Source: Hydrolagus affinis
Lineage: Eukaryota
Assembly: GCA_012026655.1 (NCBI GenBank)
Contig: JAAILG010001215.1
Coordinates: 1-64,000, forward strand
DNA: 64,000 nt
Reading direction: 5' to 3'
Shown: piece by piece, positions 62,462 to 64,000 of the stretch
Layout of the letters: each line of letters starts with the position of its first letter
Position numbering within the stretch: the stretch's first letter is position 1
Made by a program: the position numbers and the translations under genes
Notes under the pieces: generated by a model
Databases searched by the model: none
Told to the model about the DNA's origin: nothing
What the model saw: the letters and a program-made list of their open reading frames with translations, nothing else

Positions 62462-62755
62462 TGTTTTGCCCAGAAAATACACAGTGAATCCATTTTACAG
62501 TGAAGCACTTTGAAACATCTTGAAGACATGATAAGGCGCTATATCAAATACCACAATTATTATTATATAATATTAAGGCACACAGCAGTGTCCCACAAAC
62601 AGTCGTGGATTGAAGTGGCCAATTTATTATTTTTTTCAAAGGGATTATTATCAGGCATGTGGAGTAAATAAACTTGCCCAAGGGTTCGTCCTACCTGGAT
62701 TTGAACCCAGGTCTTTCACTAGCAAGACAAGTGCTCTAACCACCTATAGGACTCC
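62462..62755 (-). mobile_element. tRNA-SINE, short variant, with its 3' part on the opposite strand
   Basis: Head and body on minus at 62578-62755; complementary tail segment on plus at 62462-62570. Confidence 0.75.
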
Positions 62756-63429
62756 ACGATATCATGTCGGTATCAATATCTTATTATATATGACTCCCTT
62801 CTTTCTCACTGACTGCATTGCCAGGTTTGCTACTGCTCTTTGGCCCAAGCTCCGGTCCTCCGCTCCAGTTGGTTCCTCACCAAAACTCAAATTCTATCAT
62901 CATTGCCTTGTCTAAGGATACCAGCTGAGCAACCAATTGTCTCTACTAAAACTCTGCAGAAATTAAGAACTTTCACTATGATCTCCAGCAACGGGGTGGG
63001 GGGCTTAGAATTGTTTTATATAGATATTAAATAGAAGCTACAATAATTGAATGATTTCCGTTCCTTCCCAAAACTTGTTTGACTTGAAAATCTGTCCGGA
63101 AAATTTAATTCCCTGTCTAAACCCTAAACATTTTTGATGGCATATGTTCAAACTAAATTTTAAAAAATGTTCAAAATGTACTGTGGAAATTTAATAATAA
63201 AATTACTGCTTTGAGGAGTATATATTTTTTATTTAAATGAAGTAACAAAAATCCCTCACCAATATTTTACAGTTTGCTATTGACATATTTTTCTTCCTGG
63301 AAAATATTTCAAATGCAATCATTTTTAGTGATTCTTTTGTCATGCCTTAAGGAATAGCAAAGTCTCCACCTTAGGAATCTAGCTCTGTAAGTAGTAGAAA
63401 ATAATAGTAATAAAATAATAATAATAAAA

Positions 63430-63593
63430 AATAATAATCCTTGCATTTGATATGGTGCTTTTCATGTCTTCTTGACATCTCAAAGCACTTCCCAGAATAT
63501 ACTGTAAGTGAATTGACCGTATATTTGTGGGCAAAATGTGGCAGCCAATTGTGCACAGCAGAGTCCCACAAATAGTGGTTGAGTGACCAAATT
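63430..63593 (-). mobile_element. tRNA-SINE 3' half
   Basis: aataataatccttgcatttgatat...cagccaattgtgcacagcagagtcccacaaa. Confidence 0.85.
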
Positions 63594-64000
63594 ATTATTG
63601 TTGTTTTTTGATGGATAATTAGGAAGGCCACCACCATATGTAAATAAAATGTGCATTTGTAAAGGTTGATCTGCTCCTATGTAGTTGAAATCAAAAGATT
63701 CTGACATGGATTGTATGTAGGGATGCAGTTTCTGCTACTGCGCACATTTTATCAACAATTACCATTTGTCCTTGACATGCCTGCTGCGTTGGTTTATTAG
63801 CATTATTGCATCTTTTCATTACCATGAATATCCCACACACCAAAAAATGCAAGCAAGAGAATTGTTATGACCATTGAACTTGCTTGATCACAAGCACCAA
63901 GACTCAATGATAGGATTGGAGCAATGTTTTATGCTCCTTTCTAGCATAATCTCTTGTTTCATTTGATTCTACTGTGTAATTTATATTGCAGTTCAGGAAA

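Noticed and set aside
1-64000. CRISPR arrays, operons or prokaryotic systems
   Set aside because: The window is vertebrate repeat-rich non-coding DNA with no regularly spaced repeat-spacer array and no long ORFs.

Overview
AT-rich, CpG-poor vertebrate non-coding DNA (intergenic or deep intron) with three assembly gaps. The repeats point to a cartilaginous fish, probably a holocephalan such as elephant shark (inference): tRNA-headed SINEs with ATT tails, SacSINE1-like DeuSINEs, AmnSINE2-like pieces, L2 LINEs with (TTG)n tails and shark-type CR1 tails. I see no intact protein-coding gene and no genuine RNA gene. The only recognisable ORFs belong to transposons: L2/CR1/RTE-like reverse transcriptase tails and a Tigger N-terminus. 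DNA transposons include an internally deleted Tigger, a hAT MITE with an 8-bp TSD, a TTAA-flanked MITE and a decayed Harbinger transposase. I cannot demonstrate a new biological system. The best leads are (1) a ~2 kb decayed minus-strand coding fossil with cytidine-deaminase-like motifs in the expected order, (2) a Crypton/KCTD1-like tyrosine-recombinase fossil, (3) a 172-bp near-perfect palindrome and several smaller fold-back duplications, (4) an unclassified three-copy repeat resembling RTE 5' leaders, and (5) enhancer-like, TE-free blocks with RFX, FOX, POU and YY1 motifs. All family names come from recalled consensus sequences, not database searches.
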